Shown: in pieces, positions 53,156 through 64,000 of the stretch
Position numbering within the stretch: position 1 is the stretch's first letter
How the letters are laid out: each line of letters opens with the position of its first letter
From: Eledone cirrhosa
Taxonomy: Eukaryota
Length of the DNA stretch: 64,000 nucleotides
Assembly: GCA_964016885.1 (NCBI GenBank)
Contig: OZ024743.1
Span: forward strand, 19,344,001 to 19,408,000
Direction of reading: 5' to 3'
Position numbers and translations under genes: made by a program
Notes under the pieces: model-generated
Database searches by the model: none
Seen by the model: the letters and a program-made list of their open reading frames with translations, nothing else
What the model was told of the DNA's origin: nothing

Positions 53156-56100
53156 CTACAGGCTGATATAGAGAGAAGGCCCATTCACTTGGGCCATTCT
53201 CGCCACTTTCACCCACCTTTTATAAAACTTGCTGGGGTACAGCACCTCTCTCTCCATCCTGATTCTTCTTCCAAAGTGGTATTTTAAAACAAGAATCAGT
53301 TGTTGGCCGGACATAAAGGTGTCTGACCTCAGCCCTTTCAACCTTGTCCACCATACAACCTCTTTCGCCATAGCTATCACACAAAGGAAAACCGCTTCTC
53401 CATCGTTTTTGAAGGAGGGTGGCGGTTTGATCATGACAATGGATTCGGTGGTCAACTGTATTGGTCCCACCCGCGACAATAGTCGTTCTACATAGCCCCA
53501 CAGGTCATTGAACCCCGGGCAGTGTATGTATGCGTGTACGACGCTTTCTTCGTCTCGCACGCACCTCGGACAGATCTTTTTTGCAGGGTCCCTGCCCGGG
53601 CGCACATGTCTGTAGAGCTTGTCTCGAACTGGTAGAGCTCCTCGGTAGCACTGCCAGGCCAGGGACTTTTGGAAGTTGTCCATCGGTCCCGGGCGGAAGG
53701 TCCTATCGAACAGACTGGCCAGTTCATCTTCCTCTACTTCTAGAGTTTCACCGAGCGCGTCGTTGCACTTGCTGCGGATAAACCCTCTATAGAATGACGA
53801 AGTGGAGTCTCCACTGATCGCCGGGTCCGGCTGCCAGAGAGCTGTGAGCGCCTGAGCACATTCGATGTGCCAGTCGCCCATTTTCCTCGGTCTTTGCTTG
53901 ACCCAGGACTGCAGCTCGGTCAGCGAGACGAGTCGTGAGAATTCTCGCCTCACGAACGGCGCCCACACCGGTTGTCCGGTGAGGAATACGTAGAGATGCC
54001 ACAGCCTGAGCGGGTGTTTGCGCATCGTCAACCACGGCATCCCCAGCCCTCCGTTAGAAGGGTGTTGGCAGCAGATGGATCTTCTCACCAAAGGAGCCCG
54101 CCTCTTCCAAAGGAATCAGAAGTGCGCGCGTTCCATTTTGGCGAGCGTTTTGGCTGGACAAGGCACGACGGTCAAGCGATTTGCGAGGCGCTCGACACCA
54201 TTACTGTCACGTCGTCGGCGTAGGCCGACGCCGCTTTCCGCAGTCCCGGTTCCAGAGGGATGCCTTGCAATAGCTCCAACTTCCGCAGTGGTGGCTCGAG
54301 AATCAGTACGTACAGAAGGGAGGAGAGAGGGCATCCCTGTCGAATGGATCGCGTAATATGGAACAGCTCCGAGAGGTAGCCGTTCACCTTGACCCTTGAG
54401 CAGATGTTGCTGTTGTGCATTGCAGCAATCCAGCCCCTGAACACGGGTCCGAAGCCTGCCGCCTCGAGCACCGCATCCAGGTAACGATGGTCAACCCTAT
54501 CGAAAGCCTTAGACTGATCCAAGTTGATCAGGGCCCCACCGAAGCCGGGTTTACACCCTACTCTCTCTATGATGTATCGCATGAGGTGGAGGTTGTCGTG
54601 TATGGACCTGGTCGGGATTGCGCATGTCTGCGCTTCTCCCACCAGGTTCTCGACGACAAGCGCCAGCCTCTTTGCCAACACCTTGGCCAAAATCTCTAAC
54701 TCCGTGTTTAGCAGAGTTTTTTGGCCGGAAGTTGCCTTTGTCATCCCCCTTATTCTCGTCCTTCCTGATTAGTGTGACCACGCCCCCGGTTACAGAACTG
54801 GGAATTCTCCCGTTCTGTTGCCAGTTGCAGTAGACCGCTTCCAGGAGACCGGAGAATAAGTCCGGCATTGCTACGTAAAATTCGTAGGGTAGACCGTCGA
54901 GACCTGGAGATTTGCGTTTGCCGCATTGGCTCAGCGCGTCCCCTATCTCAGCGTCTGAAATCGGCTTTTCGCAGAAATCGCCTCGCTCTCCGAGACTCGC
55001 GGTAGGCCGTCGAGGTATGAACCGAAATCCATAGCCTCTCCCGGCGCGCCGCCCCTCTCGAACAGTTGAGCAAAGTGCCGCTGAAAAGCCGCACACATCT
55101 GCTTCGGCTCACGTTTCACGCGTCCGTTTTGGTCCTTCAAAGACCGAATCGTGGACTTGTTGCAACTTTTTGCCTCCGTCACTCGGGCCCAGCTAACAGC
55201 TTTGGCTCCCTCGTTTCCTAGAGCACGTATTTTGCTCTGACAACAAAGCCCTCGTGCTTTGCGTCGAAGAACTGGTCCAAGGCCGTTCTCGTTGCTAGCA
55301 CGCTGGCTACGTTGCCACTTCTAATTGCCTCTTCTACTTTATCTACCAGTTCCTTCTCGGTTCTATTTCTATCTAACGCTAATTCTTTACTAAAAACTAT
55401 CGAGTCTAATCTAACTGCCCTCTTGAGAGAGTACCACCATCGGTTATGACAATGGCCCCTGTCAAGTGCTGTTTAACTAAAGTGCTAATCCGTCTACTGT
55501 AGGCTGTGCTTGTCGGTAACGACAAGTTCAGCTTCCAGTAGCCGGGTCCTTGTCTATGGGTTCTATCAAGGTTGGCCATACAGGTCACTAGTTTGTGATC
55601 TCAATAGGCAACCATGAATATTTGTGGACAGCTTAACATGTCCCTATCCTTATTTCTAACTAGAAACCTATCTAGGTACGATCTAGATGTTCCGCTACGA
55701 TTACTCCACGTCCACAGTGGCGCAGTCGGAAAATCTAGTCGATATCTATCGGCCATGTCAAATCGGTCGATTAACTGTTTGAGGCTGTTACACCCCCCTT
55801 TATCTGGACATTCTCCCACATAGTCCCAACGTGCATCTAGGATTCCATTCCAGTACCCCATTAAAAGCAAGGAGCGGGACGTTCCCAGAAAAGTCTCTCG
55901 ACGTTTGTAGAAGTCCCGGATGGGGCATATGCGGCCACCAGCCTGAAGGCTCCACCTTCACTACCGTCAACGTCTAGGACCACCAGTCGACCCTCCGGGT
56001 CCAGATGTACCGTCTGTGTTACGAGGCCCAGGTGTTTCCGCAGTGAAACGGCAACTCCGCCCTCACCCCCCGGTTGACAGAGAGATGCGTAGATCTCAAA

Positions 56101-56262
56101 GTCATCGAAGATGGGGGCCAGCTGTCGCTCGCTGTGGATCCTGGACTGGCAAATGGCTACCACATCCATACTGTGCGACCCGAGGTTGTTTAAGAGTTTG
56201 CCCTGTTTCCATGGCATCCCCAGGCCGCGTACGTTCACACATCCAACTCTTATATTGGCCAT
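53156..56262 (-). pseudogene. Copy F ORF2, disrupted
   Basis: APE, RQGCPLS, AYADDV and CPRC..HAYIHC in fragments. Confidence 0.92.
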
Positions 56263-56295
56263 GTTGGTGCTGAAAAGTTAAAAGAGGAAAAGAGA

Positions 56296-58206
56296 TCACT
56301 CACCCTTCGTCTCCTGGGGACCAGTCCGCACGATTTCCATGGGGGTGTTGGAGGGGTTGTCTGGATGGGAGGTGGTTTCTGGCGGGGTGGGGACGGAGAT
56401 GTTTGGTGGGGTGGGGTCTGGTGGGATGGGGGTGTCTGGGGTGGGGAGACATTTGAGAAGGACGCGGTTGAGTGGTTTCACGCAGGAATTCCCCACATCC
56501 TTCTCAAATGTTTCTTTTAGGGACCTATAAGTTTGTATAGGGACCCTAATCAGTTTTAGGTTCATTCTTTTGCTATTTTTAATAGAGTGGGCGAAAGTTT
56601 TCCCTTCGGTTTTCACCGAAGGGTCGTTCGTGATGGTCTCCATTAGTGTTTTGTTTTCAGTGTTTATGTAAGTGTAAGTGTAATTTTCTTGTGTTGTGTT
56701 TGTTTTTGTCTGCAGTTCTTGTGTGCGCTTTCGTTTTGTTGTAGGTATTTTGTTTTCAGGAGGTGGGGGGTTTTGTTTGTGATGTTATTATAGTTTGTGT
56801 CGGTGGTTGTATGTTTGTGGTAGTGTTTGCTGGTTTTTTGCATTTGTGATGTCTTTTCTTTCTTTTCGAGCGATGAGGTTCTCCCTCGTCTTCACTGGGT
56901 GATGGCGAGATAGCCTCATCTGTTGTATCGTCTGTGTGATTGGGGAGGGGTATGTCTTGGGGAGCTGTTGTGTCTGTATGTGATTTTGCAGTGCTTTTAG
57001 GTGGAGTGGGGTTGGGTGGGACTGTGTTTGTTGTGGTTATTTTTGTGTGCTGGTGTTGTTGTTGTGGTGGTGTTGGTGGTTGTGTTGTTTTGATGGGTGT
57101 CGGCAGAAGAGCCTTTTTTTATCATTAATTTAGGACAGGAAGCCCTCAGGTGACCCCTGCTAAAGCAATGGTAACATGAAGGCCGCCTACCCTCAACCAA
57201 AAAGTTTATGTAGGTGAGTCCGCCCAGGAGTACACGTTGTGGGATCATAGCTATTCGCTCTGGGCTCATTTGCACCAGAACTTCAATGCTAGTCCCATTG
57301 AATACATCTCTGGGGGACTTTCCTATTGACAGTATTCTGTCTTCATCAAAATTGATCAAGCCGCACATTATCCACCATATGTTCACCTTTGGTGTGACAC
57401 TCGTGATTCTGATCTTTTGTGTCCTTTTTCCCATGTATGTAGGGAAAAAGGTGTACAGGTTGGATACAATTGGCGACACAGAGTAATTTTTGGCCGTCAA
57501 TTGATCCTTCATGAGTACCGAAATACTCCCAAAAAGTTTGCTTCTTTGAATGAATGCAATATCATTCATTGAATTTTTGAAAACCTCAATTTCTTTCTGT
57601 GACAATTGGACTGGTTTTCTGGTAGAATTGGAAACTGTCCTAGAAACTATCGTTTTGAGAGCAGTTTCCTTGCAAATTTCTACCGGAGAATTGATGCTGA
57701 AAGCACCATTTTTTTCGAAAGTGACATATCTCCTAGCGTCCTTTAAAAGTTGTTCAGCATTTGTTATGTCGAGATATATCAATTCCTCCTTTTTTTTTAA
57801 CTTTCTCTGCAAATGAGATTTTTGGTTTCTTTGTGGAATCCGTGTTGTTGGTGTTGTCATTATTGTTGTTATTGTTGTTGTTATTCTTGTTGTCACCGAT
57901 GTTGGTATTATTCGTATTTTCCTTGGTGTTGTTGTTGTCTTTGATGCTGCTGTTATTGGTGTTGTCTTTATTTTTTTCTTTGTTGTTGTTATCATTGTTG
58001 CTTTTATCATCATTATTGGTGTTGCGGTTATTTTTGTTGTCATTGAATTTTTTGGTGTCATTTGTGTTGTTTGGATATGAATTCGTTTTTACATTTTTAT
58101 TTCATCTTTCCATCTCTATAGTATCTAGTGGAGAAGACGTTGTTGACTGCGAGCATTGTAGTCTTATCGCCTCTCCACCACCATTATCGTTGGACGCAGC
58201 GTTCAT
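56296..58206 (-). pseudogene. Copy F ORF1, disrupted
   Basis: GRRPSCYHCFSRGHLRASCP; KPLNRVLLK. Confidence 0.85.
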
Positions 58207-58425
58207 AACGTAATCAAACTTTTACAATATTTTTTGCAAGATTCGATGGAGAAATTTTTTTTTTCAAATGGATATTCCGCCCCCGTAGGGGCGAAATTGA
58301 TTTGACCACCACCTGAAGGTCCAGCCGGGGGGTCAAGTTACACAATGATATAAAATTTAACTAAAGAATCACATTTTTTTCTTACATAAATTAACGGAAA
58401 CTTCTCCGCGAAGTTACACACGTCT

Positions 58426-58436
58426 GATAAAGAGAG

Positions 58437-58528
<92 letters not shown>
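58426..58528. repeat. (GATA)n spacer
   Basis: Direct reading. Confidence 0.95.
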
Positions 58529-58530
<2 letters not shown>

Positions 58531-58756
58531 GTTTCTATTTATTTGCAACGAGGGCACAAAAGAAGGGAACAAATACAAGGGGGCGGAGTTTACATAAAGG
58601 AAAGAGTAAAAAATAAATAACAAATATAAAATTAACAATACAGTTCTCAATAGGGAGGAGGCGTTTTGGGGGTTACACGCACCCCCGTAAAAGTGTGCAA
58701 CCCTTTTCCTTAGGAGCACAGAGAGGGCGTGCTCCTTTGCACTTCCACCTTTCCAC

Positions 58757-61700
58757 TTACAGGCTGATAAAGAGAAAAGGTCCATTCACACGGGCCATTC
58801 TCGCTCCTTTCACCCACCTTTCATAAAACTTGCTGGGGTAGAGCACTTCTTCCTCCATTCTGATCCTTCTCTTAAAATGGTATTTAAAGAAAAGGACCAG
58901 TTGTTGGCCGGGGAGAAAGTGTCCGACCTCAGCCCTGTCAAACGTGTCCACCATGTAACCTCTTTCACCATGGCTATTACACAGAGGAAGACCGCCTCTC
59001 CTTCATTTTTGGAGGGGGGAGGCGGCTTGATCGTTACAATGGAGTCAGTGGTCAACCGAATTGGTCCCACCCGTGACAGCAGTCGTTCTTCATAGCCCCA
59101 CAGATCGGCAACGCCCGAGCAGTGTACCAATGTGTGCGCAACGGTTTCCTCGTCGCGCACGCATCTGGGACAGATTTTTTCGAGGAGTCCCTACCCGGGC
59201 GCCCGTGTCTGTAGAGCTTTTCTCGAGGTGCCGTAGTGTTAATGCGTGTTTACGCATCAGCAGCCACGGCATCCACGGCCCTCCTTTCGAAGGTTGTTGA
59301 CAGCAGATGGATCTCCTCAACAAAGGAGCCCGCTTCTTCCAAAGGAATTGGAAGAGTGCGCGCTTCATGTTGGTGAGCGTTTCCCTTGGGCAAGGCATGA
59401 CGGTCAAGCGGTAATAGATGATGGACGCTCGATCTCTCAGGGATAGTTTGCATTCCGCCCACTTCCGTGTCAGCGGAAAAACCCTGTTCGATACCTCACC
59501 CCAGTTCTTATCCACTTCGAGGTCTGGCCCTAACCAGACCCGAGCAACTTCACCGGGTCCTCCGTCCAACGTCCGACTACGCCATTGGAGGCCATCCGTT
59601 CGACCTCCACTCGCCGAGTGGCAAGCCGATTGACTTGTCCCGGTTCAGTTTAGCCCCTGTAAACGTTTCGTATTCCTCCAGTAAGGTGCTGATCACTCCG
59701 ATTTCCGAGGCGGTTAATAGCATTACTGTCACGTCATCGGCGTAGGCCGACACCGCTTTCCGCAATCCCGGTTCCAAAGGGATGCCCTGTAACAACTCCA
59801 ACTTCCGTAGCAGTGGCTCTAGGGCCAATACATACAGAAGGGAGGAGAGAGGGCATCCCTGTCGGATGGACCGCGTGATTTCGAACGGCTCCGAGAAGTA
59901 GCCGTTCACCTTGACCCTAGAGCAGATGCGGCTGATGTGCATGGCAGTGATCCAGCCTCTGAAAACGGATCCGAAACCTACGCAACTAGCACCGCATCCA
60001 GGTAACGATGGTCGATCCTATCGAACGCCTTGGATTGATTCAAGTTGATCAGGGCCCCACCAAAGCCGGGTTCGTTCCCAACACTCACTATGATGTATCG
60101 CATGAGATGGAGGTTGTCGTGAATGGACCTGGACGGGATGGCGCATATCTGCGCATCTCCCACCAGGTTGCCCACGACAAGCGCCAACCTCTTTGCTAAC
60201 CCATTGGCCAAAATCTTTAACTCTGCATTTAGCAATGTTATGGGCCCAAAATTACTTATTTCATCCCCCTTGTTCTCGTCCTTCCTCACTAGCAAGACTA
60301 TGCCCTTGGTCACAGAACAGGGAATTCTTCCGTTCTGTTGCCAGTTGTAGTAGACCACTTCGAGGAGATCGGAGAACAAGTCCGGCATACTTAAATACAG
60401 TTCGTATGGAAGACCATCGAGGCCCGGAGATTTACGTCTGCCGCATTGGCTCAGCACGTCCCCTATTTCAGCAGCTGAGATAGGCCTCTCGTAGGACTTC
60501 GCCTCCTCGTCCGAAAGACGCGCCAGGCCGTCGAGGTATGGACAGTGGTCCACATCCCCATCTGGCCCCTCGTCGCTTCCGAACAATAGGTCAAAGTGCC
60601 TTTGAAAGGCCTCGCACATCTGCTTAGGCTCAAGGATCACCCGTCCATCCTGTTCTCGCAAATACCGGATAGTGGATCTAATCCCACTTTTGGTTTCTGT
60701 CACGCGGGCCCAGCTAACAGCTTTGATCCCCTCGTTTCCCAGAGCACGTATTTTGCTTCGGACAACGCAGCCTTCGTGTTTTGCGTCGAAGAACTGGCCT
60801 AAGGCCGTTCTCGACGCTAACACTCTGGCTACGTCGCCGCTTCTAATTGCCTCTTCTACACTATCTACCAACTCCCTTTCCTTCCTATTTCTATCTGAAG
60901 CAAACTCCTTACTAACTCCTATTGAAGCTACTCGAATCTCTCTTTTGAGAGAGCCCCACCACCTGCTGTTGATGATGGCGCCCGTTAACCGCTCCTTAAC
61001 TAATGTACTAATCCGGTTCCTGTAAGCTTTACCTGCCGGTAAGGAGAAGTTGAGCTTCCAGTAACCGGGTCCCTGTCTATGCGTTCTATTAAGGTTGACC
61101 ATGGAGGTCACTAACTTGTGGTCTGAATAGCCAACCATGAGCATTTTTGGACAACTTAAAAAGTCCCTATTCTTATTATAACTAAGAACCTATCTAGGTA
61201 CGATCTAGATTGACCGCTATGGTTTCTCCAAGTCCAGGTTGGCACAGTCGGAAAATCTAGTCGAAATCTATCGGCCAGGTCGAATCGGCCGATTAACCCC
61301 TTGAGGCTGTCACAACCCCCTCTATCAGAACATGCCCCTACATAGTCCCAACGTGCATCTAGGATACCATTCCAGTCCCCACTAAAAGCAAGGAGCAAGG
61401 AGCAAGGAGCGGGACGTCCATAGAAAAGTCTCCAGACGATGGAAGAAGTCCAGCCGCGTTGACCCAAAAGGGCCGTAGACGGCGACCAGCCTAAAAGCTC
61501 CGCCTTCACCACTGCCAAGGTCCAGAACCACTAGTCGACCCTCCGTTCCAAGTGTACCGTCTGTGTACCGATGTTTTTGCAGCAGAACTACAACCCACCC
61601 CCACCTCCGGGCAGACACAGAGATGCGTGCATCTCAAAGTCATCAAAGGTGGGGGCTAGCTGTCGCTGCTGATCCGGGCCTCGCAAATAACCATCACATT

Positions 61701-61796
61701 TATACATCGTGACCTGAGGTCATTTAGAAGCATTGCTTGCTTCCAAGGTGAGCCCAGGCCACGCGCATTTAGACAACCTATTCTCAACACAGCCAT
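58757..61796 (-). pseudogene. Copy G ORF2, disrupted
   Basis: GDWNGILD, YSDH, KSPGLDGLPYE, RQGCPLS, AYADDV. Confidence 0.92.
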
Positions 61797-61824
61797 GTTG
61801 GTGGTAAAGAGAAAAGGTACTTAC

Positions 61825-63610
61825 CTCTCTGCGTCCCGCACAATTTACATGGGAGTGGGGGATGGTTGTTGGGTGGGGTGGTGGTTTGTGGAAGTGTAGG
61901 GGCATCAGTGTGTGTTGGGGTTGGGGTGTTTGGAGCTTTGTGGGTGTCTCGGAGGAGGACATTTTTTTAGGAGGACAGGGTTAATGGGTCTAACGCAGGG
62001 GGGCCCCACGTCCTCTTTAAAAGTGTATTTTAACATTTTGTAAATGTCCATTGGAGCTTTTATCATTTTTAGATTGCTTGTGTGAAATTCGAACCTTCGG
62101 TTTTTATTAAGTTGTTATTATAAATAACGTTTAACAGTTTTTTTGTTTATTGTATTTATGTAAGTATATGCATATTTTTCTTTTTATGATGTTTTTTGTG
62201 TTGATGTCTGTGTTATATCTTGGGGAAGGGTTGTCTGACGACGAAAGGGGTCGTCTTCCGTATTCGAGGGGAGGGGTTCATTTTTGGCTCGTGTTTGTGG
62301 TGTGGGTGATATTGTATTTGTTTTCTGTGTGGGCGGGATGGGTGAGATTGTTTTCAGTTGTGTTTTAACTTGTGGTGTTAGTTGTTTTTGTGGTGATGGT
62401 GGTGGTGGATGTTGTGTTGGTAGTGTTGTAGTTGTTGATGTGGGCAAAATCGGTGTTTTTTTGTTTGCTTAGGAACAGGCAACCCTCAGGTGACCTCTGC
62501 CACCACAGAGGTAACAACGGGTCGTCTACCCTCCACTGTGAGGTGTAAGTAGGCAAGCCCATCCAGCAATATGCGGTCGGGTATCCTAGCAATTCGTTCT
62601 GGCTGCATTTGCACCAGAACTTGCAGGCTAGTTCCACCGAACACGTTGCTGAAAGACTTACCTACCGAAATTACTGCATCCTCTTTCAAGTCGAGGAGGC
62701 CACACAGTACCGCCCAGAAATCAATATCTGGATCGATTATGTGTATGGTCAATCTTTGTGTTTTTCTTCCCAAATAAGTGGGGAAGAAGGTAAATAAGGG
62801 GGACACAATTGGGGCCAGGGAATGTTTTTCGGTCGTCAATTTATCTTTCATTTGGATGGATAGACTACCGTAGAGTCTATCCTTCCGAATGAATACGTTT
62901 TTCAGATGATCTTTTAAAGCCAGTTCAATCTATGTCTGTGTGAGTTGTACTGGCTTTCGGGTTTTGTTTGATATTGTCCTATAAATAATAGTTTTTAAGC
63001 TATTTTCCTTTTTTAGCTTTGGGGGAGAATTTAAAGAAAATAGACCATTCTCCTCCAAAGTTATATACTTCCGTGCATTTTCCATTTGCTGGGCCATGTT
63101 GGAAATGTCAATAGGTTCATACACAATGGGTTTTTTTTATGGTTTGAGCGAACGTCATTTTGTTCGCCACCTCTATGTTTATATTTGTCGAAATGAGGTT
63201 GTTTTCTTTTTTTTTTGTTGTTACAATTATCATTTTTTGTTGTGTTTGTGTTATTTATGTTGGTGTATGCGTTCACATTATTTTTCCGTTGGGGTTAGAC
63301 TCCATTTCTTCAAAAAGTTCACTTATATTTTCAGTATCCGAGAGACTTGTAGTCACTGCTACTACCTCTCTTTCACCTTTGCTGGTGGGTGTGGCACCGT
63401 GAAAAGTCGAAACGGCATCCATTAATGTTGGCAATTTCTCCGAGTCAATTTTTTTCACATATTTTTCATTAAGGTTAGGCTCCATTTTTTCTAAGTTTCT
63501 AATAATCATTTTTCTTTCAGTGGAGAGGGTTGTTGCCTCCGCTACCCGCTCTCTTTCGGTTTGTTTAGTGGGCGTCTCATCGGTACCTGTGGTAATGGCT
63601 TCCATTACCA
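61825..63610 (-). pseudogene. Copy G ORF1, disrupted
   Basis: FFPTYLGRKTQRL, TVEGRRP followed by a frameshifted knuckle; start uncertain. Confidence 0.8.
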
Positions 63611-63846
63611 CTAGCGTAGAGACAATCACAATATTTTTAGGATCAAAAATGTCACCCCAAAAGGGGTGAAATAAATTAACCCTAATGTCCGAAGACCCAG
63701 GCAAGGGGGTTAATTAACACAATAACGCAAGAATACAGGCACACACTTACTGTTAACCTGTAATATATCCAATAATCGACGAGCCGATGTGAAACACGTC
63801 TATACCATCCGGAGATAGATAGACAGATATACAGATAGATAGATAT

Positions 63847-64000
63847 ATTTATTTATTAGCCACAAGGGCGCACAAGAAAAGGGGACCATACAAAGACATG
63901 CTGGGGATTTTACATACAGTCGTGTAAAAAATATAAAAACAAACAATTACAACAATCGAAATCCCCAATAGGGGGAGGCGCCACAAATTTGTTGTTTAAT
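63847..64000 (-). mobile_element. 3'UTR of the next Tx1 copy (array continues past the window)
   Basis: Closely matches the copy C 3'UTR (35427-35580). Confidence 0.9.

Larger units (their letters stand above)
52917..58425 (-). mobile_element. Tx1 copy F (both ends present)
   Basis: Same architecture; deletion after YADD near 54180. Confidence 0.94.
58529..63811 (-). mobile_element. Tx1 copy G (both ends present)
   Basis: Same architecture; deletion near 59225; GATA tract at 63812-63846. Confidence 0.94.

Noticed and set aside
29318-63425. Recurrent plus-strand ORFs inside the Tx1 copies
   Set aside because: Shadow frames of GC-rich ORF2 or A/C-rich ORF1; they recur only because the elements are homologous
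28621-64000. Telomeric retrotransposon array
   Set aside because: Spacers are TATC, not TTAGGG-type repeats, and there is no evidence of a chromosome end in the window

Overview
Eukaryotic, AT-rich, almost entirely repeat-derived DNA. The SINE types and microsatellite load resemble octopus/cephalopod genomes (inference). No intact host gene is supported. Left part (1-28.6 kb): (TA)n-rich sequence with decayed Penelope-like retroelements (PLEs; RT and GIY-YIG remnants, inverted pseudo-LTRs, several hammerhead ribozyme motifs including one apparently intact U3-A8 variant), tRNA-derived SINEs, a MITE-like palindrome and hAT fossils. Right part (28.6-64 kb): an uninterrupted head-to-tail array of 10 L1/Tx1-type non-LTR retrotransposon insertions (6 with both ends, 3 5'-truncated, 1 cut by the window edge). 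All are on the minus strand and each is separated by a (TATC)n/(GATA)n tract. Comparing the divergent copies by eye shows (i) a conserved splice donor just before the ORF2 ATG and an acceptor-like site coinciding with the ORF2 stop codon, so ORF2 looks like an intron, and (ii) covarying RNA structures in both UTRs. Coordinates of degenerate elements are approximate.
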